Assembly: GCA_048498515.1 (NCBI GenBank)
Contig: JBEHXV010000020.1
Coordinates: forward strand, 5,474 to 69,473
Direction: 5' to 3'
Source of the DNA: Bacteroidota bacterium
GTDB taxonomy: Bacteria; Bacteroidota; Bacteroidia; B-17B0; Aurantibacillaceae
Length of the DNA stretch: 64,000 nucleotides
The translations under genes and the position numbers were made by a program. Numbering within the stretch: the stretch's first letter is position 1; each line of letters begins with the position of its first letter. Below are positions 44,821 to 54,916 of the stretch, piece by piece. The notes below the pieces were generated by a model. That model searched no databases and was not told where the DNA came from. It saw only the letters and a list, made by a program, of their open reading frames with translations.

Positions 44821-45852
44821 TTACAATTTATCGAAGAAATGTTCTTCAACGTCAAAGGTAGATTTTATTCCGACTTGTTTATAATCTGTTTCCAGCCATT
44901 TTGATGCTGTTTGGCGGCCACGCTCCTTTAAATTGAGTAAAAATTCCCAGGAAGTATTCATTTTACTGCTGTAACTCAGCTGGCTCAGCGCATCGTAGCC
45001 CGAAATGGTATGTACAAAGATCTCACGATTTGTTTTATCATCCGATTTTAAGATCCCGTTTCGCAACAGTTCGTTGCGGTAATGGATCAGCTTCATTTCG
45101 TTGATAAGACTGCTGTTAAAGGATATCTCATTCACCCTGTCGGCAATATCGCGTGCCGTTGTTGGTACCGAATTAATGTTGACAGAGTTAATTTTTACTA
45201 AAACTATATCATGAATGGTTGTATTGGTAATGAGCGGAAAAATAGGAGGATTTCCCATATACCCGCCATCCCAGTAATATTCTCCGTCAATTTGCACTGC
45301 CTGGAAAAGAAAAGGCAAACAGGCCGAGGCCAAAACGGCATCTACAGTGATCTCTTTATTGCTGAAAATTTTTGCCCGGTTGGTTTTAACATTGGTGGCG
45401 CAAATGAACAACTTTTTCTTGTTATACATCTGCAACTCTTTAAAATCGATCAGGTCGGTTAAAATATCGCGTAAAGGGTTGTAGTTAAAAGGATTAAAAT
45501 TGTAGGGCGACATGTATTGTGTCATGTTATTGAACATCACATATCCGGGTGAATTATGAATATCGCCACCACTGAAAAAGCGGTCGAAACCACTGGGTTT
45601 AAAAAAACTACCGGTTTGGGCAATCCTGCGCCAAAGTTGTTCCATTAATTCCTTGGCTTTTTTAGGACCTCCAACGTGCAAACCATAGGCACAGGTTACG
45701 GCATTTACAGCCCCGGCACTGGTTCCACACATGGCTTCGGCCACAATATGGTCCACTTCCAATAGCCTATCTAAAACGCCCCAGGTAAATGCCCCGTGTG
45801 CGCCACCGCCTTGCAAAGCAATACCAACTTTCTTGATTTCCGATTCGCTCAT
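44821..45852 (-). CDS. patatin-like phospholipase
   Basis: Oxyanion 'GGGAHGAF', nucleophile elbow 'GTSAGA', and a later 'DGG' catalytic Asp motif ('YWDGGYMGNPP'). Confidence 0.85.
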   Translation of the reverse strand: MSESEIKKVGIALQGGGAHGAFTWGVLDRLLEVDHIVAEAMCGTSAGAVNAVTCAYGLHVGGPKKAKELMEQLWRRIAQTGSFFKPSGFDRFFSGGDIHNSPGYVMFNNMTQYMSPYNFNPFNYNPLRDILTDLIDFKELQMYNKKKLFICATNVKTNRAKIFSNKEITVDAVLASACLPFLFQAVQIDGEYYWDGGYMGNPPIFPLITNTTIHDIVLVKINSVNINSVPTTARDIADRVNEISFNSSLINEMKLIHYRNELLRNGILKSDDKTNREIFVHTISGYDALSQLSYSSKMNTSWEFLLNLKERGRQTASKWLETDYKQVGIKSTFDVEEHFFDKL

Positions 45853-45984
45853 TTAATATATTATAATTCAGGGTTAGTACAGACTACCAAATATAATTAA
45901 ATAACCGAATTAATAAAATAAATTAAGACGAGATAGGCTTTTATTGGGATAAAACTTTCATTTTTTTAACGATTGTTTTAGAAA

Positions 45985-46012
45985 TAAAAAATGCCCCGGG
46001 ATCGGGGCATTT
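45985..46012 (-). terminator. rho-independent terminator of the S9 peptidase gene
   Basis: On the minus strand: ATGCCCCG-atcc-CGGGGCAT followed by TTTTTATTTCT. Confidence 0.7.
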
Positions 46013-46035
46013 AAGAAATTGAAAAATAACAAAGA

Positions 46036-48210
46036 CTATAAATTCTCTTTCACGAATTTCAGCATTTTATTGTACAAATGGGTACGGGTGTAACCGCCAT
46101 AAATGCCATGGTTTCGGTTAGGATAGGCCATAAACTCGAAAGGAATGTTATACCTAACCAGTGAGTTTGCGAGCTCCATGGAGTTTTGATAATGCACGTT
46201 ATCATCACCACTACCATGTACTAATAAGAACTTGCCGGTAATTTTTTTGGTAAAATTAATCGGTGAGTTGTCTTCGTAGCCACTTTTGTTATCGGCCGGT
46301 TTGCGTAAAAAACGCTCGGTATAGATATTATCATACCATTTCCAATTGGTTACCGGGGCAACCGCAATAGCCGCTTTAAAATAGTCAGCTCCTTTGCTAA
46401 TCAGTAAAGAAGCCATATAACCACCATAGCTCCAGCCCTGGAATCCAATGCGGCTCTTATCCACATAAGGCAAACTTCCTAGGTATTTGGCGGCATCAAT
46501 CTGGTCAAGCGTTTCCAGTTTACCCAGCTGCATATAGGTACAGTGTTTAAATTCACGGCCTCGACCATAAGTTCCCCTGCCATCCACACAAACCACCATA
46601 TACCCTTCCTGGTTCAATAAGGAATGCCACCAAAAATCGAAGGTTTCCCATTGGTTGTTGCACTCATTAGCACCCGGGCCATTGTAGGCAAACATATACA
46701 CCGGGTATTTTTTATCGGGATTAAAATTTTGCGGTTTCATCATCCAGCCGTTCAACTCTACCCCATCGGTATTTTTAAAGGTAAAGAACTCTTTGGTAGA
46801 TAGTTTATATTCCTTCATTCTGGTTTTCAGATCGGCATTATCTTCCAGCACTTTAACCAATTTTCCATCGGCGCTGTGCAGTTCATAAACCGGTGGTGTA
46901 TTGGCGTTTGAGTAAGTGCTCACATAGTATTTTAAGCCTTTGCTAAATTCAGCTTCAGAGGTTCCTTCACTTGTAGATAAGTGTTTTTTAGCGGTACCAT
47001 CCAGTTTAATGCTGTAAATGTCGCGGTTAATTTGTCCTTGCTCGGTTGAAATGTAATACAGCGTATTCAGTTTCTCATCGTAACCGTTAAAGGAAATAAC
47101 ATCCCAGTTTCCTTTAGTGATTTGGTTTATCAGCTTGCCGGTATTGTCATAATAATACAAGTGGTTATAGTTATCCTGCTCGCTGCTCCATATAAAACCT
47201 TTGTTGTTTGGCAGGAACGTTAAATTATCGGTAATGTCAATATAGGTTTTTGCCTCTTCCGACAGGATCGTTTTTGTAGAACCATCAGCGGCGTTGGCAT
47301 ATAATAACTCTACCTTGTTTTGTAAACGGTTCATACGCTGTAGCGACAATACGTTTTTATCTGTAGTCCATTGAATGCGTGGAATGTAAATATCGGTTTC
47401 CTTTCCAATATCAACCAATGTTGTTTTGCCAGTTGCCAGGTCGTAAATATGAACCGAGAGAATGGAATTATCTTCGCCGGCTTTAGGGTATTTAAAGGTT
47501 ACTTTGTCGGGGTAAAGGTTATTGTTGTAAGTATCAAAGCTGTATTCCTTGACTTTAGTTTCATCAAAACGTACAAAGGCCAGTTTACTACCGTCGGCAT
47601 TCCACTCAAAATAATTGGCTTTACTAAACTCTTCTTCATACACCCAATCAGCCCAGCCGTTTTTAATCTCATTATTCTTTCCGTCGTTGGTTACCTGTGT
47701 TTCTTTATTCCCATCAAGATCTTTAATAAACAGGTTGTTATCGCGAACAAACGCTACTTTATTCCCGCTTGGCGAAAATGTGGCGAACATCTGGTTCCCG
47801 TTCTCCGACAATTCCATTGTTTTGCCGGTTTTAATATCGTATACATAATTTTTTTCAACCGACGAACGGCGGTAAATAGGCTTTGCCTCGGTAGAAAAAA
47901 ACAATTTTGTTTCGTCAGGACTGAAGGAATAGCCGCTTACATCAATGGCTTTATCTCCTACTTTAACGGCAGAGCCTTTTACAAGTACAGCTACTTTTTT
48001 ACCACTTTTAAGTTCGTATTTTACAATATTCATAAAATCGCCATCCTGTTCCAGGTCGGTGTAGTGCATGCCGTCTTTCATGGCATTGAAGCCCCCGGCC
48101 GATTTGGGCATAAAGGCATATTTACTCCACATATCCTCTACGGTAATGGTTTTTTGTGAAAATGCCGTAATAGCAATAAAAAGAACAAAAATTGTAACAA
48201 ATGGTTTCAT
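46036..48210 (-). CDS. S9B family peptidase (dipeptidyl-peptidase IV-like)
   Basis: N-terminal DPPIV beta-propeller region and catalytic 'GWSYGGYM', with a downstream 'GSGDDNVH' (Asp/His region). Confidence 0.9.
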   Translation of the reverse strand: MKPFVTIFVLFIAITAFSQKTITVEDMWSKYAFMPKSAGGFNAMKDGMHYTDLEQDGDFMNIVKYELKSGKKVAVLVKGSAVKVGDKAIDVSGYSFSPDETKLFFSTEAKPIYRRSSVEKNYVYDIKTGKTMELSENGNQMFATFSPSGNKVAFVRDNNLFIKDLDGNKETQVTNDGKNNEIKNGWADWVYEEEFSKANYFEWNADGSKLAFVRFDETKVKEYSFDTYNNNLYPDKVTFKYPKAGEDNSILSVHIYDLATGKTTLVDIGKETDIYIPRIQWTTDKNVLSLQRMNRLQNKVELLYANAADGSTKTILSEEAKTYIDITDNLTFLPNNKGFIWSSEQDNYNHLYYYDNTGKLINQITKGNWDVISFNGYDEKLNTLYYISTEQGQINRDIYSIKLDGTAKKHLSTSEGTSEAEFSKGLKYYVSTYSNANTPPVYELHSADGKLVKVLEDNADLKTRMKEYKLSTKEFFTFKNTDGVELNGWMMKPQNFNPDKKYPVYMFAYNGPGANECNNQWETFDFWWHSLLNQEGYMVVCVDGRGTYGRGREFKHCTYMQLGKLETLDQIDAAKYLGSLPYVDKSRIGFQGWSYGGYMASLLISKGADYFKAAIAVAPVTNWKWYDNIYTERFLRKPADNKSGYEDNSPINFTKKITGKFLLVHGSGDDNVHYQNSMELANSLVRYNIPFEFMAYPNRNHGIYGGYTRTHLYNKMLKFVKENL

Positions 48211-48369
48211 AATCGGTTTGTTTGGTTAAAAGGTATTTTTGATTTAAAGCATGAAGATAATCATTACTCCCTATTACCAAACACTATTTTACTCAAACGG
48301 TAAGTATGTTAAATAAATGAGTTGAATCTTATTTGAATTTTCACTAGATTTAGCATAAAAATCCACCTT

Positions 48370-49113
48370 ATGCAAACTTTTAAAACGATCATTATAGATG
48401 ATGAAGAAAACAGCCGCAGTAATACTAAAAATATGCTGGCTAACTATTGCCCTGAAATAGAAGTTATTGCAGAAGCTGCCAGTGGTATGGAAGGCAAAAA
48501 ACTGATCCAGGAACTAAAACCCCAGGTTGTGTTTTGCGACATCAATATGCCAGGCATGACAGGTCTTGAAATGATAGATGGTTTGGTACACCGTGATTTT
48601 TGCCTTATTTTTTTAACAGCCTACAGCGAGCATGGCATCAATGCTGTAAAAGCAGGGGCTATTGATTATCTTTTAAAACCATTATTGTTAAGTGAATTAC
48701 AGGGAGCCATAAAAAAAGTGGTTCAGCATTATGAGCAAAAAGGAGGCGTCAGCGCTACAGGCAGTAATGATAAAAATTTAGTGCTCATTAATCACAGCAA
48801 AGGTTTTACGCTCATTGATTATAAAGACATTGTTTGGCTCGAGGCCTCTGATAACTATACAAACCTGTACTTAAATACCGGCAAAAAAATTGTAGCCTCA
48901 AAAACATTAAAAGAGTTTGAGGCTATTTTACCAACTAATGTATTTTTCCGCATTCACCGCTCTTCTTTAATTAATATCGACTTCATTAAGGAATACTCCA
49001 ATGCCGAGGGTGGTACCATTATCATGTCCGACGGTACCAGCATACAGGTATCAAAAGCACGCTCCCAGGAATTTGGTGAGTTTATTAAAACACGGGCGGT
49101 TACACCAAAATAG
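48370..49113 (+). CDS. LytR/AlgR (LytTR) family response regulator
   Basis: Receiver 'IIIDDE....VFCDINMPGMTG' and a LytTR C-terminal domain ('.........FFRIHRSSLIN'). Confidence 0.9.
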   Translation: MQTFKTIIIDDEENSRSNTKNMLANYCPEIEVIAEAASGMEGKKLIQELKPQVVFCDINMPGMTGLEMIDGLVHRDFCLIFLTAYSEHGINAVKAGAIDYLLKPLLLSELQGAIKKVVQHYEQKGGVSATGSNDKNLVLINHSKGFTLIDYKDIVWLEASDNYTNLYLNTGKKIVASKTLKEFEAILPTNVFFRIHRSSLINIDFIKEYSNAEGGTIIMSDGTSIQVSKARSQEFGEFIKTRAVTPK

Positions 49114-49151
49114 CCAAACATCATAGCTTTTTCCTAAAATTCTATCCGGCA

Positions 49152-51089
49152 ATGCCAGGCAAGTATCTCATTAACCTGCTTTTTTTATGTACAGTATGGT
49201 TTGTGCCTTTTAATACCTATACCCAAAATAAGGCGCCCGATTACCTTAATGAAATAAAAAGCAAACAGGATTTCGATCTGTTAAAAGGAAAACCCTTATC
49301 AAACAACTACAATGGGATTGAGTGCGTTAAAATCGTTTATGTTATTGCCACCAAAAAACTCTACTACCTGCAATCGGTAAAATACGTGTGGCATTACCGC
49401 TTTACCAGCGAAATTTTGTATGACCAGGACGACCTTAATTGGTTCAACACCATTAATTATGGACAAAACCCCGGGCGAAAATACATTTTAGCAACCTTTA
49501 ATTTTAACACAAATACCAAAAATTACTTCCTTCAGTTTGCTCCGCCCGATGATATTAGTAATGAACTCATAGCCACCCTCACCCATAAAGTTGCCGAAAC
49601 ATTTTATAAAAAAGAGCAGTTTAAAATATTGCTCAACACTACTACCCTGCTCCGTCGTAAAAAAGAACTGGCCAACCAACATGAAGTTATGACGGGTGAT
49701 GAACTTTACAAAAGCCAGAAATACCAGTTTATTTATAGGGGAAAAGCAAAAGGAACCCTTACTTTTATTAATGCCGATTCCATAAAGCAATCTACCGACT
49801 ATAGCAATTGTATCCTGGTTATTGACGGCAATTCGAATAACATACCAGTGTGTAAAGGCATTATAACCAATCAATTTCAAACACCATTGAGCCACATTTG
49901 TTTGCTCACCCAAAACAGAAAAACGCCCTGTGCCTATATAAAAAACTGCTATGCTAACGATTCTTTAAAAAAATTAAACAATGCTTATGTGGAAGTATCG
50001 ATTGGCGAAACAGGCTACAACTATAAAAAAATTGATGAACCCGTAGCAGGTCCCAAAAACCGTAAAGTAATAAACCTCCCTGGAGATACCCTGTATAAAA
50101 ACATTAGCTACCTCAATTATTTAAGTTATAAGAACAGGTATGCCTTTGGCTCAAAAACCTGCAACCTGGCAGAGTTACAGAAACTCAGTAAAAAGAATAC
50201 TCAGATCCAAACACCGGAGCACGCCTTTGCTATTCCTTTTTATTATTATAACCGGCACGTAAAAGTCAATTATGTTTCCGATAAAATAACCGCTTTACTG
50301 GCAGAAAGAGCTATGCTAAAAAATGATACTGTACTCTCCGTAAAATTAAAAGAGATAAGGAAAGCCATTGCTTTGGCCCCTCTTGATACCGCACTGCTAA
50401 ATACAGTGAAACGTTTTTGCGAAAAAAACTTTGGTTCAAAAAAAGTACGTTTCAGGTCCTCTTCCAATTGCGAAGACGGCAACGAATTTAATGGCGCGGG
50501 GCTATATACATCAGAAACAGGAATTTTTAAGGACTCTCTGAAATCATATGAAAAAGCTATAAAAAAAGTATGGGCCAGCCTTTGGTCGGTAAGGGCTTTT
50601 AAAGAACGTGAGTATTTTAATATTGACCATTCACAGGTATTGATGGGAATTCTGATACACCAGGTATTTGACAATGAATTGGCAAATGGTGTTGCCATTA
50701 CTAAAAACCTATACAGAAATTACGATGCAGGTTTTATTATTAATCTTCAAAAAGGTGAAAATGAAGTGGTATCGCCAAAAGAAGGAGTGATCTCGGAACA
50801 GGTTATTTCTTATATGAACTCTGGCAGTACCTTTTACGATGCATCACGCTCGGCCGATTGGCTAAGCTATTCGAGCCTTAATACAGGAGGTTCGTTACTA
50901 AGTATTGAAGAATTATACCAACTTACCCGGCAGCTCGAAGCAATCAAACGCTATTTTTATGAACTATACCATAAGTGGCCAAATACCGAGTACAGGGATT
51001 TTGCGATGGACGTGGAATTTAAATTGATAGAAACGGCTGATAAAAAGCGAAAATTCATTATCAAACAAGCCCGGCCTTATAACAATTAA
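49152..51089 (+). CDS. PEP/pyruvate-binding (PPDK_N ATP-grasp) domain protein with an N-terminal signal-like sequence and an unknown ~300-aa N-domain
   Basis: 'FRSSSNCEDG..FNGAGLY.S', 'KKVWASLWS.RAF.ER' and 'ANGVAITKN' match the nucleotide-binding domain of PEP synthase/PPDK. No swivel-His or PEP/pyruvate TIM-barrel domain is present. Confidence 0.65.
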   Translation: MPGKYLINLLFLCTVWFVPFNTYTQNKAPDYLNEIKSKQDFDLLKGKPLSNNYNGIECVKIVYVIATKKLYYLQSVKYVWHYRFTSEILYDQDDLNWFNTINYGQNPGRKYILATFNFNTNTKNYFLQFAPPDDISNELIATLTHKVAETFYKKEQFKILLNTTTLLRRKKELANQHEVMTGDELYKSQKYQFIYRGKAKGTLTFINADSIKQSTDYSNCILVIDGNSNNIPVCKGIITNQFQTPLSHICLLTQNRKTPCAYIKNCYANDSLKKLNNAYVEVSIGETGYNYKKIDEPVAGPKNRKVINLPGDTLYKNISYLNYLSYKNRYAFGSKTCNLAELQKLSKKNTQIQTPEHAFAIPFYYYNRHVKVNYVSDKITALLAERAMLKNDTVLSVKLKEIRKAIALAPLDTALLNTVKRFCEKNFGSKKVRFRSSSNCEDGNEFNGAGLYTSETGIFKDSLKSYEKAIKKVWASLWSVRAFKEREYFNIDHSQVLMGILIHQVFDNELANGVAITKNLYRNYDAGFIINLQKGENEVVSPKEGVISEQVISYMNSGSTFYDASRSADWLSYSSLNTGGSLLSIEELYQLTRQLEAIKRYFYELYHKWPNTEYRDFAMDVEFKLIETADKKRKFIIKQARPYNN

Positions 51090-51100
51090 GTAAAGGCAGC

Positions 51101-51517
51101 TTAAAACACATGGTTCTCCAGGAATTGTTTGCTGGTAAGTACTTCGATCTCTGAAAAATAAAAATCGTTACGATCCTCTGTAACAATACATTTACAGCCA
51201 CTGTGAATAGCTGAATAATACTGCAAGCCATCCTCAAAATCATGGATCTTTTTATTGGCACAGGTATCTTTCACGGTGATATCGTTTACAGTGGTTACCT
51301 GGAGTTTAGACACCAATAAGTCAATTTTACGCCGGGCCTGTTCGTTACTACATTTTTTTTCGGCAAAATAATACGCAATTGCCAAACAAATAGGCGATGT
51401 ATAAAATTTATATTTCGGGATCTCGGCTAAACTTAAGACCCTTGAACTATAGGTAAAAACAGGATATTCCTTATTCAATACAGAAACAAGGACATTAGCA
51501 TCTAAAAAAACCTTCAT
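51101..51517 (-). CDS. PIN-domain toxin (VapC-like)
   Basis: 'VFLDANVL' N-terminal acidic motif and C-terminal 'IVTEDRNDF'. There is a 4-nt overlap with the upstream small gene. Confidence 0.7.
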   Translation of the reverse strand: MKVFLDANVLVSVLNKEYPVFTYSSRVLSLAEIPKYKFYTSPICLAIAYYFAEKKCSNEQARRKIDLLVSKLQVTTVNDITVKDTCANKKIHDFEDGLQYYSAIHSGCKCIVTEDRNDFYFSEIEVLTSKQFLENHVF

Positions 51518-51771
51518 TTTTTACGGTTTCGGTATTCGGTTTTTAAAGAAGCGCGTTTTTTTGAAGGTGTGGCATATTCGGCTTTACCTTCGGCTACCAT
51601 ATTTACCCAATCTGCTACCGGAAAATCTTCGAGTGATTTGTATTGATTGGAAGTGATCTTATCGAGCAAATGCTCCATTAGCCTTGACAAGCTGATGTTT
51701 TGCGACTCGGCATAGCGTTTTGCTTTTTCTATGATTTGCTTATCAAAAGATAAGGTGATCTTGGCATCCAT
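51514..51771 (-). CDS. putative antitoxin (small helical, DUF6364-like)
   Basis: 85 aa. 'KITLSFDKQIIEKAKRYAESQNISLSRLMEHLL' is typical of small antitoxins paired with Bacteroidota PIN genes. Confidence 0.55.
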   Translation of the reverse strand: MDAKITLSFDKQIIEKAKRYAESQNISLSRLMEHLLDKITSNQYKSLEDFPVADWVNMVAEGKAEYATPSKKRASLKTEYRNRKK

Positions 51772-51909
51772 ATTACTTAAATTATACTACAAAGATAAAA
51801 AAACTATACGTATAATCCAAAATCTTCCTTTAGTAAAAACTACTACATTTTACCAGGCATTATAAACAGCGGTTTATTTCATATATTTTGCTATTTTTAT
51901 GTACCAAGT

Positions 51910-54840
51910 ATGAGGTTTAAACATCTGTATAGCTTATTTTTTTGTCTTCTTTTTGCGGCATTCAGCATACAATCGCAAAACAGGAGCTTCTCATTCCAGC
52001 ATTATGGCCCTGAGGATGGTTTGAGCAATGCCAATGTGTTTGCCATAAAACAGGACAAAAACAACATCCTGTATTTAGCTACCGAAAACGGCGTGTATAA
52101 TTTTGATGGCTATGATTTTTCAAAAATAAAGCCCAAAACACCACTTAAATCAAACTATATAAGAAACATTGGGTTTAATGATAATAATAACCTTATTATT
52201 ATTAACCGTAGAGAAGGCATTTATGAATACAATAAGAACAACAACGATGTAGCCTTAATAAAAAACCTGAATTTCAAAAATTCTGTTGACGAGATCATTC
52301 TTGGCAGCGATTACAATTATTCATTGACCGACCAGATTGAGGTTAATGCCATTGAAACTGCAACCGGTAAAGTAATAGGAGACGAAATAAGAAAAAAGGA
52401 TGAATCTAACCAGGCTTTTGCTTTTTACAAAACAAAAAACAATAAAGTTATTGTTGGCCGGGTTGATGGTTTGTACCTGTTTGAAAATGGCCGGCAGGTA
52501 AAACTAAATTTAGGGAAATCGTTTCCGGTTTATTCAATTACCGAGGATGCAAAGGGGATATTATATTTAGGAAGCGACAATTCCATTATATGCGTTAAGG
52601 ACAATCAGATTACCCAAACCATCCCGGTGAGGACACAGAAAACAAACAGCTTTTTTGGTGCAAATAATTATGCACATGTTAGTAAGCTTATTATAGATAA
52701 ATACCAACGCATTTGGTTTACCAATACCCCTGATGACAACCTATATCTTATAGAAAATAACATTACCTACGATGCGTTTGATTTGCTTGGAATTGATAAG
52801 GTTTTGATTAATTGCATTTATAAAGATACGGATGACCATATTTGGATAGGAACATTTAACGACGGCGTTTATTTTATTCAAAACCCACAATTAAAAAACA
52901 TTTCGTTCACCTCGGGGCGGAAGATCCTCCAGGTAAACTGTGCCGCTTTTATTGAAAACAGCATCGCGGTTGGTACCCGAAACGGCTTGTTTATATATGA
53001 CAATAACAATAACACTCAGAATGTGATTTTGCCGGATGAGCTGTTTGAAGAAACTGTTTTTGGGATTTACCGCGACCAAAAAAACGTCATGTATTCTAAA
53101 ATAAATTCCATTTCCAACGAACATAAGATCTTTTTCATCAGTTCTAATTATTATAATTTTACCCCCATTGCTTCTAGACTTTTTAGTTATTGCAAAACTC
53201 CCGGCGAAGCCTACCTGGCCGATGGAACGGCAAGCCTGTTGAAAATAAAAGATTATACCAGAGAAAAATATACGGTGCTCGATACCCTGGTTTCTTTCCC
53301 CGATTACAGAACCCGGATCAACACTTTGCATGATACCAAAACAGATTTATTTATTGGCACATCCGACGGGTTAAGTATTTATTCACATTCGGCAAAAACA
53401 TACAGGAATTACCATAACCAGTTGTTCAGTTTTGGCATGAACCATATTGAGAGCCATAACTCTAAAACATACCTGGCCCACGAAAACGGGATCACTGTTT
53501 TTGAGGATTCTACCCTCCTGCAGCAATTAGGTGAACACCGGCTGACGGCAGTAAAAAAAATAAAGTTCTATCAAAATAAAGTATGGATAGCAACCCTTGA
53601 CGGCTTGTTTATTTGTGATGAAAAATTTCAACCCATTGTTATTTACAACAAATCAAATGGCTTGCTGTCAAATACCATCAACGATATTATTTTTGATAAG
53701 AACAATTGTTGCATTTGCAGCGACAAAGGAATTACGCTTTGCAGCATAGATGATCTGTTATTACAAAAACGCATTGCCAATAAGCTATTTGTAACTAATG
53801 TGACCGTAGACAATATTCCTGTCAAAATAAATGGAAATACGCTGAACTTAAACAGTAACCAATCCGACATTATTATCGATTTTTCGAGCCCCTTGTTTGT
53901 TAAGCCTAATAAACAATTTTTTAGGTACAAATACGACAAAGGTACCTGGTCTTCTATCGAAAACCGATCGGTGCATTTAACATCCATAGATGGCGGAACC
54001 CATAAAATAGATATTGTTTGTTCTTACGATGGCATTAACTGGTCCGATCCCGTATCTATAGTGCTTAAAAAAGAAATTCCTTTTAAACAAACTCCCTGGT
54101 TTTTAATCAGCATTCTTATTGGTTCGCTTATTCTGATACTATCTATTGTTTATGTATGGGTAAAAAACGTTAGGCAAAAAGCCACAAAACGTGTACAGGA
54201 AGAACGCCAGGTTAATTTATTAAAACATCAGGCCATGAACTCATTAATGAGTCCGCATTTCATTTTCAATTCATTAACTTCCATCCAGAATTATATTAAC
54301 TCTAACGACTCATTAAAAGCGAGCGAATACCTGGCTAAATTCTCAAGGCTGATACGGATGATTATTGAAAAGGCCTCACAGGGCGACATTAGCCTTCATG
54401 AAGAACTGACTCGTTTAAACTATTACCTTGATCTTGAGAAAGAGCGCTTTAAAGGTAAATTTGATTTTTATATTGAAGTTGAAGATGGTCTGAATACCTT
54501 TGATATAAAAATCCCCAATATGATCATTCAACCTTATGCCGAAAACTCGATCATTCATGGCATTTTACCAAAACATGAACATGGGAACTTATTTATCCGT
54601 TTCAAAAAAATAAACGATAAAACCTTGTCAATTGTTATTGAGGATGATGGCATTGGTTTTAATAAAGCCAAAGAAAATGCTAAAGCCGGGCACAAATCAC
54701 TTGGTACAAAAACCATCGAAAACATACTTGAGCTCAATACCAAGCTGACAGGCAAACATCAAAAAGTTGAGATTATTGACAAGTCCGAATTGACATCTCC
54801 TTCAAACGGAACACTTATAACGATCACATTACAAGTATAA
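51910..54840 (+). CDS. sensor histidine kinase (two-component regulator propeller + Y_Y_Y + LytS-type His_kinase/HATPase)
   Basis: Repeated propeller blades ('G.....D..G..W.GT..GL'), a single TM near aa 735, 'PHFIFNSL..I' (His_kinase, PF06580-like), and a C-terminal ATPase 'I.D.G.G'. Confidence 0.85.
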   Translation: MRFKHLYSLFFCLLFAAFSIQSQNRSFSFQHYGPEDGLSNANVFAIKQDKNNILYLATENGVYNFDGYDFSKIKPKTPLKSNYIRNIGFNDNNNLIIINRREGIYEYNKNNNDVALIKNLNFKNSVDEIILGSDYNYSLTDQIEVNAIETATGKVIGDEIRKKDESNQAFAFYKTKNNKVIVGRVDGLYLFENGRQVKLNLGKSFPVYSITEDAKGILYLGSDNSIICVKDNQITQTIPVRTQKTNSFFGANNYAHVSKLIIDKYQRIWFTNTPDDNLYLIENNITYDAFDLLGIDKVLINCIYKDTDDHIWIGTFNDGVYFIQNPQLKNISFTSGRKILQVNCAAFIENSIAVGTRNGLFIYDNNNNTQNVILPDELFEETVFGIYRDQKNVMYSKINSISNEHKIFFISSNYYNFTPIASRLFSYCKTPGEAYLADGTASLLKIKDYTREKYTVLDTLVSFPDYRTRINTLHDTKTDLFIGTSDGLSIYSHSAKTYRNYHNQLFSFGMNHIESHNSKTYLAHENGITVFEDSTLLQQLGEHRLTAVKKIKFYQNKVWIATLDGLFICDEKFQPIVIYNKSNGLLSNTINDIIFDKNNCCICSDKGITLCSIDDLLLQKRIANKLFVTNVTVDNIPVKINGNTLNLNSNQSDIIIDFSSPLFVKPNKQFFRYKYDKGTWSSIENRSVHLTSIDGGTHKIDIVCSYDGINWSDPVSIVLKKEIPFKQTPWFLISILIGSLILILSIVYVWVKNVRQKATKRVQEERQVNLLKHQAMNSLMSPHFIFNSLTSIQNYINSNDSLKASEYLAKFSRLIRMIIEKASQGDISLHEELTRLNYYLDLEKERFKGKFDFYIEVEDGLNTFDIKIPNMIIQPYAENSIIHGILPKHEHGNLFIRFKKINDKTLSIVIEDDGIGFNKAKENAKAGHKSLGTKTIENILELNTKLTGKHQKVEIIDKSELTSPSNGTLITITLQV

Positions 54841-54916
54841 CATTTAGATGAACGGCATAATAATTAATATTAATTAACTGGAAAGAACAATTAAACGCAT
54901 TAATTTTACTTTTTAC

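Noticed and set aside
47371-48159. A 262-aa plus-strand ORF inside the S9 peptidase gene. Similar long antisense ORFs occur at 39683-40318, 8249-8695, 32241-32639, 35717-36076, 49488-49913, 50270-50698, 52891-53331 and 55580-56032.
   Set aside because: They are shadow ORFs opposite well-supported genes. They have low-complexity, F/I/L/K/N-rich or otherwise unnatural composition, and no recognisable motifs.
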